DNA of 64,000 bases, from the NCBI GenBank assembly GCA_964514975.1, contig CAZESS010000002.1, positions 32,001 through 96,000 of the forward strand, in the 5' to 3' direction. The position numbers and the translations under genes are program-made. Positions 9,391 to 18,523 of this stretch are shown here, in pieces. A model generated the notes under the pieces. The model ran no database searches and was not told the DNA's origin. It worked only from the letters and a program-made list of their open reading frames with translations. Source of the DNA: an uncultured Thermoplasmatales archaeon (GTDB lineage: Archaea; Thermoplasmatota; E2; UBA202; DSCA01). Every line of letters begins with the position of its first letter. Position 1 is the first letter of the stretch.

Positions 9391-10116
9391 TCATGGCCGA
9401 TACATGGCCTTGAGGTCGCCGATGGTCGCGAAGTCGAGCAGGCCGAGGTCGCTGATCGCCAGGACGTTGAAGGCATCGACGTCGACGGAGTGCAGCAACG
9501 GCGACAAGTAGTCACCGGGCATCGCATCTGAGACATCGGTGCCCGACACGATGGGGGAAAACGCGGGCATGACCGCCACGTCGTCGGTGTACAGGTAGCA
9601 GGGCATCGACAGGGTGGCACCGACCTCGTCCCGGAGCTTGATGAAGGGATGCTCATGGGCGAGAAGCGTTCTGTCGCCGCGGGGCACATCGTCACGATGG
9701 CCATGGGTAACGGTGACATCGCCCATGTCGTAGCGCCAGGTCATGGAGACATCATGCCGGACGGCGATGGTCTTCAAAAAGTTGTCATGGTTGCCCCGGA
9801 CGAGGTGGACGTCATGTTCGTCGGCGAGAAAGGAAAGCATGGCATTGACCTCGCGCCATTCCTGCCGGAGGTTGCGGCTGAAGTTGTGCTTGAAGTCGCC
9901 GTTGATCACGATGCAGCAAGGGTCATACCGGTCGAGGATATGCTCCAGCCGCTCGGAGATGACGCGGTCCTGGTAGCGGGGCATCGCGACGCCGTCCATG
10001 CGGAGCACGGCCTCGTAGCCCAGGTGGAGGTCGGCGATGATGACGGCATCCTGCTCGGGCATCCAGATGCATCGCTCCTCTGTGGCATGGACATCCGGCC
10101 ACAGTTCCTCAGGCAT
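9391..10116 (-). CDS. Lhr-associated metallophosphoesterase
   Basis: ADLHLG, NGDFKH, RGNHD, HGH, AHEHP, MPAFS; overlaps the Lhr stop codon. Confidence 0.9.
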   Translation of the reverse strand: MPEELWPDVHATEERCIWMPEQDAVIIADLHLGYEAVLRMDGVAMPRYQDRVISERLEHILDRYDPCCIVINGDFKHNFSRNLRQEWREVNAMLSFLADEHDVHLVRGNHDNFLKTIAVRHDVSMTWRYDMGDVTVTHGHRDDVPRGDRTLLAHEHPFIKLRDEVGATLSMPCYLYTDDVAVMPAFSPIVSGTDVSDAMPGDYLSPLLHSVDVDAFNVLAISDLGLLDFATIGDLKAMYRP

Positions 10117-12637
10117 TGATGGCCTCCATCACCTGCTCGTGCATCTGCCGGGTGAACGCCTTGCGGTCTTCCATCAGGACGACATCGGAAGCGCCCACGG
10201 CGACGATGTTGAAGGCAAACGGCGAGGGGAGCTCCGTCTGCTTGAGCGTTAGCGTGATGTCGCCCTGCTCGACCTTGCGGGCATAGGAGATGGCGTTGTC
10301 GATGTCCATGGAGTCCTCCATGATCTCGCGGTAGGTTTCCTTTAATGCCGGGAACTCGGGGTCGATCTCTTTGACGACCTTGAACAGGACGGAGGCGTTG
10401 CGCTGCTGCCGTGACACGCTCATGTGGTGGCCGAGGTAGTTGCGGAGGATCATGAATGAGCGGGCTGCGACGTGCCGGAAGCGTCGCTTGAGCATCTCGG
10501 TGTTGTCCAGCGCGCGGCGGAGATCGTCGCGCATGCCCTCTGGCTTGAGCGCGGCCCGGATGTCTTCGGCTGCCAGCGGGTCGTAGCGCTCGGGGTACAT
10601 GACGTCGAAGCCGTTGTCGGTGATGGCCAGCCGGATGTTGAAGCCGTGGATCGAGGTGAGCCTGAATGCAACGATGCGTGAGAGGGCGTCGTTGGCCTGC
10701 CGTCCCACCAGCGTGTGGAAGACGACGTGCCGGTAGCCGTCCTGCCGGAAGGTTTCGACGAGCAGATGTCTGTCGTGGGGGACGCCGAAGTGGAGCTGCT
10801 CCTGGAAGTAGTTGCGGATCGCCGGCATCAGGCTCTCGGCGTCGCCGTTTTCTATCGTTTCGGCGACGGTGCGGCGGTAGCGGTTGATCTCCCGGGCGAG
10901 GTCGTAGCTGAGCGGGAGCTGCTCGGAGAACCATGACGGGATGGTCGGTGACGCGTCCGGTCGGGGAACGACGTAGATGCGCATGCGCTTGGAGCGCTTG
11001 AACTGGTAGGTCTGGCCGGCGAGGACGAAGATGTCGTCTTTTTTGAGCCGTTCGACGAAGGGCTCCTCGACCTTGCCGACGAACTGTTTGTCGGTCGTGT
11101 AGACTTTTACGGCGGTTTCATCTGGGATGGTGCCGATGTTGAGGTAGTATATTGGGCGGACCATTTTGCCGCGGCGCCCGAACATCTCGTCCTGCTCGTC
11201 GTACCATATCTTGCCGTAGACCTTTTTGCCCTCGAGTTCCTCGTATTCGCCGGCGAGATAGTGCAGGAGCTTGATGAAATCCTCGCGGGGGAGGTCGCGA
11301 TAGGGATGGGCCCGGCGGATGAGCTGCAATGCATCGCCCACGTCCCATTTCTGCTGGATGCCCATGCCGACGACGTGCTGCGCGAGGACGTCGATGGCAT
11401 TGGATGGAATGTGCACCCGGTCGAGTCTCCCCTGGCGGGCCTCGCGGGCGAGCACTGTGCATTCGATGAGGTCGTCGCGGTCCAACACGATGATGCGGCC
11501 CTTCGATGTCTCGGTGATGAAATGGCCGGAGCGGCCGATGCGCTGCAGCGCCCTGGTGACGCTTTTGGGTGAGCCGAGCAGCACGACGAGGTCGACGGAG
11601 CCGATGTCGATGCCGAGCTCCAGGCTTGTCGAGGAGACGACGCAGCGGAGGTCGCCCCGTTTGAGTTTTTCCTCGACGCTGAGGCGGACGTCGCGGGACA
11701 GGGAGCCATGGTGTGCCTCGACCACGCCGTCGTAGTGGGGGTAGCGCTGTTTGAGGTTGAAGACCACCCGTTCGGTGGCGCTCCGGGTGTTGGTGAACAC
11801 CAGGGTTGTCTGGTGCTGCTGGATGAGGTCGTCGAGTATCTGGTACATCGCCGTGGATGCTTCGCCGGTGGGGGTGTAGACGAGGTCGTCGACGGGGGAG
11901 ATGACCTCGATGTTGACGTCTTTCATGCCGGTGACGTCGACGATGAGGCAGTCGCGGTCTGTGCCGACCAAAAACCGGGCGATGTCGTCCATGGGGGAGA
12001 TGGTCGCTGAGAGGCCGATGCGGACGGGCTCGTTGTGCATGCGCTGGACGAGCCGTTCGAACGACAGCGAGAGGTGGACGCCGCGCTTGTTGTCGGCCAG
12101 CGAGTGTATCTCGTCTATGATGACATATCGGGCTTCTTCCAGGCTGCGGGAGAACTTGGGTGAGTTGAGGACGATTGCGAGGCTTTCGGGCGTGGTGATG
12201 TAGATGTGCGGCGGGGTGCGGGTGTGCTCCTGCCGTTCTTTTTGGCTGGTGTCGCCGGTGCGGACGCCGACGCGGATGTCGTCCTCGATGTCGTTCGCCT
12301 CGTAGAGTTCGCGGAGCGGTTTCTGGAGGTTGCGCTCGATGTCGTTGTTGAGCGCCTTGAGCGGCGAGACGTAGAGGACATATATTTTGTCTTCGAGCTC
12401 GCCCTGCTTGGCGAGGAGGAGCAGCTCGTTGATGGCTGCGAGGAATGCGGACAGGGTTTTGCCGGAGCCGGTCGGCGACGATATCAGGGTGTTTTTTCCG
12501 TCGTGGATTTCTTTGACCGCATAGCGCTGGCAGGCGGTGAAATCGCCGAAGGTGTCGCGGAACCATGTCTCGATTTCGGGGACGAGGATGTCGTAGATGT
12601 CCCCGTTGCCATACTGCTCGGTGGCGTATTCAATCAC
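10109..12637 (-). CDS. lhr: ATP-dependent helicase Lhr (Lhr-core)
   Basis: SPTGSGKT, SPLKALNND, DEIH, GLSAT, HHGSL, SLELGID, QRIGRSGH, IGTIP. Confidence 0.95.
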   Translation of the reverse strand: MIEYATEQYGNGDIYDILVPEIETWFRDTFGDFTACQRYAVKEIHDGKNTLISSPTGSGKTLSAFLAAINELLLLAKQGELEDKIYVLYVSPLKALNNDIERNLQKPLRELYEANDIEDDIRVGVRTGDTSQKERQEHTRTPPHIYITTPESLAIVLNSPKFSRSLEEARYVIIDEIHSLADNKRGVHLSLSFERLVQRMHNEPVRIGLSATISPMDDIARFLVGTDRDCLIVDVTGMKDVNIEVISPVDDLVYTPTGEASTAMYQILDDLIQQHQTTLVFTNTRSATERVVFNLKQRYPHYDGVVEAHHGSLSRDVRLSVEEKLKRGDLRCVVSSTSLELGIDIGSVDLVVLLGSPKSVTRALQRIGRSGHFITETSKGRIIVLDRDDLIECTVLAREARQGRLDRVHIPSNAIDVLAQHVVGMGIQQKWDVGDALQLIRRAHPYRDLPREDFIKLLHYLAGEYEELEGKKVYGKIWYDEQDEMFGRRGKMVRPIYYLNIGTIPDETAVKVYTTDKQFVGKVEEPFVERLKKDDIFVLAGQTYQFKRSKRMRIYVVPRPDASPTIPSWFSEQLPLSYDLAREINRYRRTVAETIENGDAESLMPAIRNYFQEQLHFGVPHDRHLLVETFRQDGYRHVVFHTLVGRQANDALSRIVAFRLTSIHGFNIRLAITDNGFDVMYPERYDPLAAEDIRAALKPEGMRDDLRRALDNTEMLKRRFRHVAARSFMILRNYLGHHMSVSRQQRNASVLFKVVKEIDPEFPALKETYREIMEDSMDIDNAISYARKVEQGDITLTLKQTELPSPFAFNIVAVGASDVVLMEDRKAFTRQMHEQVMEAINA

Positions 12638-12905
12638 GATTGGGACATTGGGGGTTGCATAAAAGGTTTACCGACCCCCTCCCCTCCTCCCCCCCTCTCG
12701 GCGTGGAAAAAAAGGACAACATTTTTATACAGGCATGGCCCCCCCCTCCCTCTCTGTGTTTATATATCGCCGGGCTGTTGTAGGAGTGAGGATGGAACGC
12801 CGGGCGTCCGTCTATATAGCGCCCTAAAACGGGCACGGAGGCCGGCGATGCCATGTGGGCCGCCGCTCATCCGCATCCCTCCCCCCCATTTTTGGCGGCC
12901 TTTTT

Positions 12906-13649
12906 TTATAGCGAGCCGCGCGTGGCTGCCTCGCTGCATGTGCAGTCCCGCTTTTCGGGGAGCGCCGACGCCGTCCGGAGCAGGATGCCGACGGCGACGT
13001 CGCGCATTTCCTCGTAGATAGAGGCGATCTCGTCGGCGGTGAGGCCCGTCTGCAGGCCGGCGGCCATGTTTGAGACGACGCAGAGCGACGCGTAGCAGAT
13101 GCCCGCCTCCCGGGCCAGCGTTGCCTCGGGGCCAAGGGTCATCCCCACGACGTCGCCGTGCTCCTGGAGCATCGCTATCTCCGCCGGTGTCTCAAAACGG
13201 GGCCCGGCCGTGGTGATGTATACGCCCTCTGACACGCTGCCCTCCGAGCTGGCCGCGTCGAGTAACAACTGCCTCGTTTCGGGGCAAAACGGCTCGGTCA
13301 TGTCGACATGGACGGGCGCATCGTCATAAAACGTGGCGATGCCGGTGAAGTCGATGAAATCACCGGGAACGACGAGGCCACCGGGCTGCACGCCCTGCCG
13401 CATCGAGCCCACGGTGCTCACCGCCAGGACATGGGTGGCGCCGCAGGATGCGAGCGCCCGGATGTTGGCATGGTGGCTTATCCGGTGGGGCGGGATACCA
13501 TGGGTGGCGCCGTGCCGGGGGAGAAAAAACAGCTCGCGGTCGTCGTGCTCGACGCGGGTGACCGTGACCGCACCGTACCGAGTCTCTACCTCGAGGGCGT
13601 TTCCCTGCATGTCGTAGATGCCGGTGCCGCCGATGATGCCGATGCGCAT
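12906..13649 (-). CDS. mtnP: S-methyl-5'-thioadenosine/thioinosine phosphorylase (MTAP family)
   Basis: IGIIGGTG, RHG..H..PPH, GPRFETPAE, VVGMT..PEA.LARE. Confidence 0.9.
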   Translation of the reverse strand: MRIGIIGGTGIYDMQGNALEVETRYGAVTVTRVEHDDRELFFLPRHGATHGIPPHRISHHANIRALASCGATHVLAVSTVGSMRQGVQPGGLVVPGDFIDFTGIATFYDDAPVHVDMTEPFCPETRQLLLDAASSEGSVSEGVYITTAGPRFETPAEIAMLQEHGDVVGMTLGPEATLAREAGICYASLCVVSNMAAGLQTGLTADEIASIYEEMRDVAVGILLRTASALPEKRDCTCSEAATRGSL

Positions 13650-13729
13650 AGACGTGCAACACGCCCCGCCATATATAAACATGTGTTTTTCACAATAGTT
13701 AAATAGGGGCGCCGCTTACACCAATAGCC

Positions 13730-14041
13730 ATGACGAAGAGCCCCTGCGAAACCATCGTCTGGGACGTGCTCCCTTGCCTCCGAAGCGCGCTCACCCGCCG
13801 CCTCAAACGGGAAGGGCTGCGACAGACCGACATAGCAGAGCTGCTCGGCGTGAGCCCCGCCGCCGTCTCGCAGTATCTCTCCAGAAAACGGGGCTGCAGC
13901 GACCGGGTGGAGGAGGTCGCCGGCGAGGAAATCCACGAGTCTGCACGAAGGATTATGAACGGCCAGCCCGTGGAACAGGAGCTCTGCCGTCTCTGCCGAA
14001 TCATCCAGCGGCGGATAAACGGCATCGAGGTTCCCTGCTGA
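13730..14041 (+). CDS. archaeal HTH transcriptional regulator
   Basis: PCE...LP.LRS...GLRQTDIAELLGVSPAAVSQYLSRKRG; C-terminal CxxC. Confidence 0.85.
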   Translation: MTKSPCETIVWDVLPCLRSALTRRLKREGLRQTDIAELLGVSPAAVSQYLSRKRGCSDRVEEVAGEEIHESARRIMNGQPVEQELCRLCRIIQRRINGIEVPC

Positions 14042-14130
14042 ACGGCCGGCGAACAACATGCAAAAATATGCACTACCATTCAATTAAAATATTTAAAAAT
14101 TTTTATTAACCCCCTGTGGTTGTAGATGGT

Positions 14131-14490
14131 ATGTCGGTGGCAGGCAGGCGGTATGGCGTCTGGAAGGCGCAGGTCAACTGGCTCGGCGGCAAGATAGACG
14201 TGTCGCCATACTGGCGGCTTGCGCTCCCCGCCTGGCTGCTCCCCGCCCTGGTCGGCGAGTGGACGGTCCAGTGCATGGGCGGCCAGGTCATCGGGCTTAT
14301 CGCCGGCGGCAGCGTGTCGCTGCTGAAAAGCTACCATGACTTTTACCGGCTGATGGGTGCCTATGTGCCGATGCTCACCGAAAAAATACGCTGGCGGCGG
14401 ATCGCCATCGTCATCATATGTGTCATGCTGGCCATCATGACCCTGCTGCTCCTCGACGTCAACCCGGTCGCCGGCCTCCTCAACCGTTAA
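14131..14490 (+). CDS. hypothetical membrane protein
   Basis: ORF after an AT-rich promoter-like stretch; hydrophobic segments; start uncertain. Confidence 0.5.
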   Translation: MSVAGRRYGVWKAQVNWLGGKIDVSPYWRLALPAWLLPALVGEWTVQCMGGQVIGLIAGGSVSLLKSYHDFYRLMGAYVPMLTEKIRWRRIAIVIICVMLAIMTLLLLDVNPVAGLLNR

Positions 14491-14526
14491 GCCAGGTTTT
14501 TTTATACCCGGCGGTGTTTGCCCGGC

Positions 14527-15081
14527 GTGGACATTGTCACCGTTGTATTGATCGCCGTCGCCCTGGCCATGGACGCCTTCGCGGTCGCCGTTGCCAGCGG
14601 GCTCTACATCCACAGGCTGCGTGTCAACCATGCCCTGCGCATCGCGGGTATGTTCGGCCTGTTCCAGGGAGCGATGCCCCTGGCCGGCTGGCTCGCCGGA
14701 CGGACAGCGCAGCGGCTCGTGGCGGCAATCGACCACTGGCTGGTGTTCGCGCTGCTGGCGGGCATCGGCGGAAAAATGGTCTACGAGTCCTGGCGGCTCG
14801 ACGAACGCCGGGGATTTGACCCGCTGGCCATGTCGTTTTTGCTGCTGCTTTCCATTGCAACATCCATCGACGCGCTAGCCGTCGGCGTCTCCTATGGCCT
14901 GCTCGACGTCGCCGTCGCCACACCCGCCGTTATCATCGGCGCTGTCACCTTTGGGCTCTCTCTTGCCGGCGTCTACCTGGGCGACCGGGTCGGCCATCTC
15001 TTCGAACGCCGCATCGAGGCTCTCGGCGGCGTCATCCTCATCGTTATCGGCCTCCGCATACTGATAGAGCATCTGATGTAA
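14527..15081 (+). CDS. mntP: manganese efflux pump MntP
   Basis: ALAMDAFAVA, FGLFQGAMP, IATSIDALAVG, E.LGG.ILI.IG. Confidence 0.92.
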   Translation: MDIVTVVLIAVALAMDAFAVAVASGLYIHRLRVNHALRIAGMFGLFQGAMPLAGWLAGRTAQRLVAAIDHWLVFALLAGIGGKMVYESWRLDERRGFDPLAMSFLLLLSIATSIDALAVGVSYGLLDVAVATPAVIIGAVTFGLSLAGVYLGDRVGHLFERRIEALGGVILIVIGLRILIEHLM

Positions 15082-15102
15082 GAAAACAGGGTGGAGGAAG
15101 GC

Positions 15103-15606
15103 CTACGGACTTTCAAGACCGATAAGCCAAATCGGCACCTGGATAATATACCTCAGATGAGGCAGATATTTTTTGACCTTATCGAATCTCATGCTTCCTC
15201 GCCAAGTTGGGTCATACTTTTTCTCAATTAATTTTTGAAATTGACGTGTTGTAACTATGTAGATACCTACGTCTATCTCGTTTCTGTATGAATAGGAGAG
15301 AGTTTGGAATTTCAACAAATCTATTCCCATAAAAGAGGGGTGAGAGAAAGCGACCTCGACCCCAACCCGGTTTTTCATAAAATCTATCTTTGCAGCGGGC
15401 TCATCCTCCGGGGCAAACACGGGCTGTTCGGTTTTCCATCCTTTTCCGGTAAAACTGTCCTTGAATGCCTGATTTAGATTCGGCCTCGTCATTTCGTTTG
15501 GATTCAAATCAATCGTGTCGATAATTTCTTTTACTTCCTGTTTTTGTGCCAGTCGGCTATTCAAGACTTCTTCTGCAAACCGATACGACCAGTCTCTATA
15601 TCGCAT
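15103..15606 (-). CDS. BglII/BstYI-family restriction endonuclease-like protein
   Basis: LN..F...F..KGW, KIDFMKNRVGVEVAF (D-xn-ExA variant), DLLKF, IDVGIYI, VPIWLIGL; low GC. Confidence 0.75.
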   Translation of the reverse strand: MRYRDWSYRFAEEVLNSRLAQKQEVKEIIDTIDLNPNEMTRPNLNQAFKDSFTGKGWKTEQPVFAPEDEPAAKIDFMKNRVGVEVAFSHPSFMGIDLLKFQTLSYSYRNEIDVGIYIVTTRQFQKLIEKKYDPTWRGSMRFDKVKKYLPHLRYIIQVPIWLIGLESP

Positions 15607-15904
15607 TATTTCTTTCCCGTTCTAGATAAAGTTTTTCTTGAATGAAATCTGCTGTAACCGATGAATATGGAGATTGATATCTCACTGAATTATCTTGCTT
15701 AATCTTTTTGACCAAGCCGGCAGAAACCATCTTTTCCAGCGATTTAAACACCGATGCACGATATTTGATAGGAAAATTCTCTCCCTCAAGCTCATCCAAT
15801 ATTTCTTGGACGGTTTTTGCCTTGTCGATAATCACTCGAAGGATTTGCCGGGCTGATGACAACGACGAGATATCAAGCGTATCCTGAAAGTCCGGTTCTT
15901 CCAT
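15596..15904 (-). CDS. winged-helix DNA-binding protein
   Basis: LSSARQILRVI..KAKTVQEI...SVFKSLEKMVSAGLVKK; overlaps the nuclease start. Confidence 0.7.
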   Translation of the reverse strand: MEEPDFQDTLDISSLSSARQILRVIIDKAKTVQEILDELEGENFPIKYRASVFKSLEKMVSAGLVKKIKQDNSVRYQSPYSSVTADFIQEKLYLERERNNAI

Positions 15905-15995
15905 CTAGTGGACAAATGCTATTAAAAGATCTTAACACTTTGTTTCTTTATAGGAAACAAAACATCATTTTTCTACTGGCGATAAAGAACCGGAC

Positions 15996-16867
15996 ATGAA
16001 CGAGCTCGGCTTGAGTCTGAAATTAAATTGGACATACCCGAATATGGGTGTATTTTATTCTGAAAAACCGCCCTTACGAGGAACATTTAATGAGAGACTT
16101 GAAAAAGCTAAAAAATTCGGCATCTCCCGCATAGAAATACCCTTTGATCTGGTTCGACTAGAAAACGAGGAATATTATCTATTGAATAAAAAAAAATTGG
16201 AGACATCCCAGAAAGAGAAGACTTTAAAAGTCTCTACAACACCAGTTGCAATAATACCTGTGAGTATATTCTACATACAGACCCGGAGCTAAAACCCCGC
16301 CATTACTTAAGATGGAACTCGGAGAAGTGGAGAAATAAGTACCTGAAATCTATCATAGATTTTGCAGAATTCAACGACCAAGCCCCTTTCGCAGTAGAGT
16401 TCCATCCAGGCAGAACGTCAAGAAGCAAAAATCATTTTGAGGATTTTATTACCGATGCGATTTCAATGTTTAGCGATATCTTCGGAGATAAACGTCCCTA
16501 TCTTTACATCGAAAACAGAACAAATCTATACATCTCTACAGTCGAAGACATCATTCAGTTGTATGAGAAAATTCAGGATAGAGTAAGTGGAACTGAAAAG
16601 AAGCGTTTCGGATTTAGCATAGATGTTATGCAGCTTTATTCGCAAATTGGAGCAGAATCAATCAATGAGCTCCCGAAAATTCCTAGACACGCGATAAAAA
16701 ACTGGCATATCCATTACCGCCACCAACCACCTAGCATCGATGACCCAATAGATTGGCGTAAAGTTGTAAACTATATCATGCAAAGTCAGCCGGCCATTGT
16801 TTTACCAGAGGTATTTTCAGATCGAGGTGTACAAACCACTCTTGAATTCATCGAAGGTTTACCATAA
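15996..16867 (+). pseudogene. xylose-isomerase-like/AP-endonuclease-2 TIM-barrel protein split by a frameshift at an A9 tract (about 290 aa if restored)
   Basis: The first frame runs to LNKKK. The -1 frame from 16196 is open (IGDIPERE...AVEFHPG...YIENR...SIDVMQ...WHIH...LPEVF) to TAA 16867. Confidence 0.7.
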
Positions 16868-16970
16868 TTATTACAATTACATATAACCACTTAACCCTCC
16901 CTCGATTTTGTTTCAAAAGTTTAACAAATATGTCAAATTAACCGAATGGTAAAACAATCATTGCCCTGGC

Positions 16971-17027
16971 CACTAACACCTATATTTCCTCCCATTCTTT
17001 GAGGATGCTCTGCCAGTTGAACTCCTC
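16971..17027. repeat. 57-bp direct repeat, copy 1 (3' end of the EamA-RAM gene)
   Basis: cactaac[a/g]cctatatttcctcccattctttgaggatgctctgccagttgaactcctc; 56/57 identical to 18518-18574. Confidence 0.95.
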
Positions 17028-17065
17028 CGCGTGCGGACAACGGCTGCCCCGTGATTTGTTTGAAA

Positions 17066-17087
17066 AATTTAACAAAAATGTTAAATT
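17066..17087. promoter_or_regulatory. perfect inverted repeat upstream of the AbiE operon, probable antitoxin operator
   Basis: AATTTAACA-aaaa-TGTTAAATT about 20 nt before ATG 17107; degenerate copy at 16918-16939. Confidence 0.6.
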
Positions 17088-17106
17088 AGTGGAGTGATTA
17101 TGGGGT

Positions 17107-17925
17107 ATGGCAGTGTGGAATGACATCGTTACGGCTGGCCGGAGCAGCGACCAGCCGCTCCATCACGTATTCCAGGAGCATCTGCAGAAAACCGTGCTGA
17201 CGGCGCTCAGCCGGAGAGAGGCGTTCACCGACATCGTGTTCCAGGGTGGGACAGCCCTCTGCTTCTTCTACGGCAACCCCCGCTTCTCGGAAGACCTCGA
17301 CTTCGTACGCCGGGGCAGCAGTACAGTAGACCTGACAGCCCACGCCACGGCGGTAGAAACCTTCGTAGCCGCCATCTATCCCTTCCTCGACGGATGCAGC
17401 GTCACGGTCCAAAAAGACACGCGGGAGCTACAGCGGCTCGTGCTCACCACCCGGGGCGAGGTCACAGAGCAGCGCTGCCGCATCCACCTCGAGCTAGCAC
17501 ACGTTCCATCCTACATGGCAACCCCACGCATCCTCGATCATCCGCCGTTTCACCCTGCGGTGCAGGTGGAGCAGCCCGAGGAAATCCTGGCGGACAAGCT
17601 GGCAGCGCTCGCCCTTCGCCCGTATCTCAAGGGCCGCGACCTCTGGGACATCTACTTCCTGACCAGGGAAAAAAACATCGATATCCACTGGAATCTGGTG
17701 AAGACAAAAATCAGCGATTACAACGGCGACCCGGAGCGGCTTCCTGCAGCCAGCAAAACCGTGCAAAACGAGGGTGCACAGGCGCTCGCGGACGAGCTGG
17801 CCCGGTTTTTGCCTCCTCGTCTTCACGAGCAGTACCGCTCCAGATTCGACGATATCGCCGCTCATGTCGCCGCCGTCGCAGCCGCAGCCAGAGACACAAT
17901 GGAGGAGAACGCCGATGAAGGTTGA
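17107..17925 (+). CDS. AbiEii/AbiGii family nucleotidyltransferase toxin (type IV TA)
   Basis: FQGGTAL..FYG..RFSEDLDF, EILADKL.AL..R..KGRDLWDI. Confidence 0.9.
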   Translation: MAVWNDIVTAGRSSDQPLHHVFQEHLQKTVLTALSRREAFTDIVFQGGTALCFFYGNPRFSEDLDFVRRGSSTVDLTAHATAVETFVAAIYPFLDGCSVTVQKDTRELQRLVLTTRGEVTEQRCRIHLELAHVPSYMATPRILDHPPFHPAVQVEQPEEILADKLAALALRPYLKGRDLWDIYFLTREKNIDIHWNLVKTKISDYNGDPERLPAASKTVQNEGAQALADELARFLPPRLHEQYRSRFDDIAAHVAAVAAAARDTMEENADEG

Positions 17926-18523
17926 CGAATGGCTGGCGTTCTTCCGTCGGCACCGGACAAAAAAACTGTTTTCCCTGGCAGATCTCGTCCAGCTCACCGG
18001 TATAGACAAGGCGTCGCTCTCGGTCCAGCTCACCCGGCTGATACGGGCCAACATCATCCGGCGGGCAGCCCGGCAGTGGTACGAAAACCCGTTCAACCAG
18101 CCATCCCGGGAAGACGTCGCCATGGTGCTCCGTCCTCCCGCCTATCTCTCCCTGGAATACGCTCTCTCAAAACATGGCATCCTGAGCCAGGCAGCCCGCA
18201 CGCTCACCCTGGCTACCACACGGCCTCCCTACACATATACCACATCTGATGCAACATACGAATACCACCAGATACGGCGGTCGCTCTTCTGGGGATATAA
18301 ACAGGAACACGATGTTGCGCTGGCCGAGCCCGAAAAAGCGCTGCTCGACCTCCTCTACATACGGCACGTAATGACCGATGAACTGAGCCAGCGCGCCCTG
18401 GGGTCGCTCGTCGACGACATGGACCTCGCAGTCATCACCCGGGACAGACTCCGCCGCTATGCAGACAGATTTCCCCGCGGGGTCAATGAAACGGTGCGCC
18501 ACCTGACGCCTGCCGTACACTAA
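17915..18523 (+). CDS. AbiEi-family antitoxin
   Basis: N-terminal wHTH, PAYLSLEYALSKHGI..Q, AEPEKALLD.LY. Confidence 0.85.
   Translation: MKVDEWLAFFRRHRTKKLFSLADLVQLTGIDKASLSVQLTRLIRANIIRRAARQWYENPFNQPSREDVAMVLRPPAYLSLEYALSKHGILSQAARTLTLATTRPPYTYTTSDATYEYHQIRRSLFWGYKQEHDVALAEPEKALLDLLYIRHVMTDELSQRALGSLVDDMDLAVITRDRLRRYADRFPRGVNETVRHLTPAVH

Noticed and set aside
9391-12637. Lhr-phosphoesterase pairing as a novelty
   Set aside because: Established conserved gene pair.
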